NCBI GenBank assembly: GCA_013239625.1 | Contig: MU054338.1 | Coordinates: 6,426,724 to 6,490,723, forward strand | DNA: 64,000 nt | Direction of reading: 5' to 3' | Origin: Lama guanicoe | Taxonomy: Eukaryota | In this document: positions 61,058-64,000 of the stretch, piece by piece | Layout: every line of letters starts with the position of its first letter | Numbering within the stretch: position 1 is the first letter of the stretch | Program-made: the position numbers and the translations under genes | Notes under the pieces: model-generated | What the model was told of the DNA's origin: nothing | Database searches by the model: none | What the model saw: the letters and a program-made list of their open reading frames with translations, nothing else

Positions 61058-61629
61058 CCTGGGGCCACCCACTCCAGCCACAGGACCCAGCTGGGTTCTG
61101 TGTCAGAAGAGGAGGAAAGAAACACTTTCTCCCCTTGCTCCTCCTGAGTACTGCCGAGGGGCACCAGTTTGTGGCTTGTTGGTGTTGATTTCTGGGGTGT
61201 GTGTGTTTGAGGTGCATTTCTCATTTGTTTTTCTCACCCCTTTTGGTGTGTTGGGCAGAAGAGGGCTCCGGCAGGCAACAGCCACCTAAACGGTTCAGTT
61301 TCCTCCACGCCCCAGACTGCTGGGGCTATAGACGAGTCCCAAGGGCAGAGCGTTTAAAGCCCCAGCCCCAGAGTGAGGTCATCACTTCCAAGGCTCCTGG
61401 AACTTGTCGACCTTGGCTGGCTGTACCCAGAGAGAGACCTCAACTGTACACACTGCTTTCAGGCATGGGGGAGGGGGAGTGTTCCAAATCAATTTAAGGG
61501 TAGTATGAGTTCATTCATATTTTGTTGAAAGCTTGTTTTCCAATCCCTTGTACAGCGTTAAAAAAAAGATTCTATTTATTAAGCTTTATGGAAAAAATTG
61601 TTGTGTGTGATAATTTAATGTTTTTACCC

Positions 61630-61640
61630 ATTAAATTAAA
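61630..61640 (+). terminator. CDKN2D: CDKN2D polyadenylation signals (overlapping ATTAAA x2)
   Basis: ATTAAATTAAA ending an AU-rich 3'UTR tract. Confidence 0.7.
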
Positions 61641-61649
61641 ACTTGTGCA

Positions 61650-64000
<2,351 letters not shown>

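Overview
Mammalian genomic DNA, gene-dense and GC-rich, syntenic with human 19p13.2 in reverse orientation. Gene order: ILF3 (non-coding exon 1 and part of intron 1, minus strand) with a bidirectional CpG-island promoter; complete SLC44A2/CTL2 (minus; two alternative first exons, two duplicated last coding exons); complete AP1M2 (plus, 12 exons, 423 aa); complete CDKN2D/p19INK4d (plus, 2 exons, 166 aa); and the first six exons of KRI1 (plus, cut off by the window end). All exons were traced by hand, with splice sites and reading phase checked. About 18 copies of a tRNA-Ala-derived SINE resembling Vic-1 suggest a camelid (inference). Most notable observations: two TSD-flanked tailless retrocopies of tRNA 5' halves (Lys-CTT and Tyr-GTA) with short 5' extensions; a possible recursive-splice site (CAG|GTGAG) that could switch between the duplicated SLC44A2 C-terminal exons; one U12-type intron each in SLC44A2 and AP1M2; an intronic CCAAT-box array; a template-switch hairpin inside a SINE; and a degenerate repeat filling the CDKN2D intron. 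No prokaryotic-type system or novel protein-coding gene is supported. Gene and repeat names come from recognition, not database searches, and repeat boundaries are approximate.
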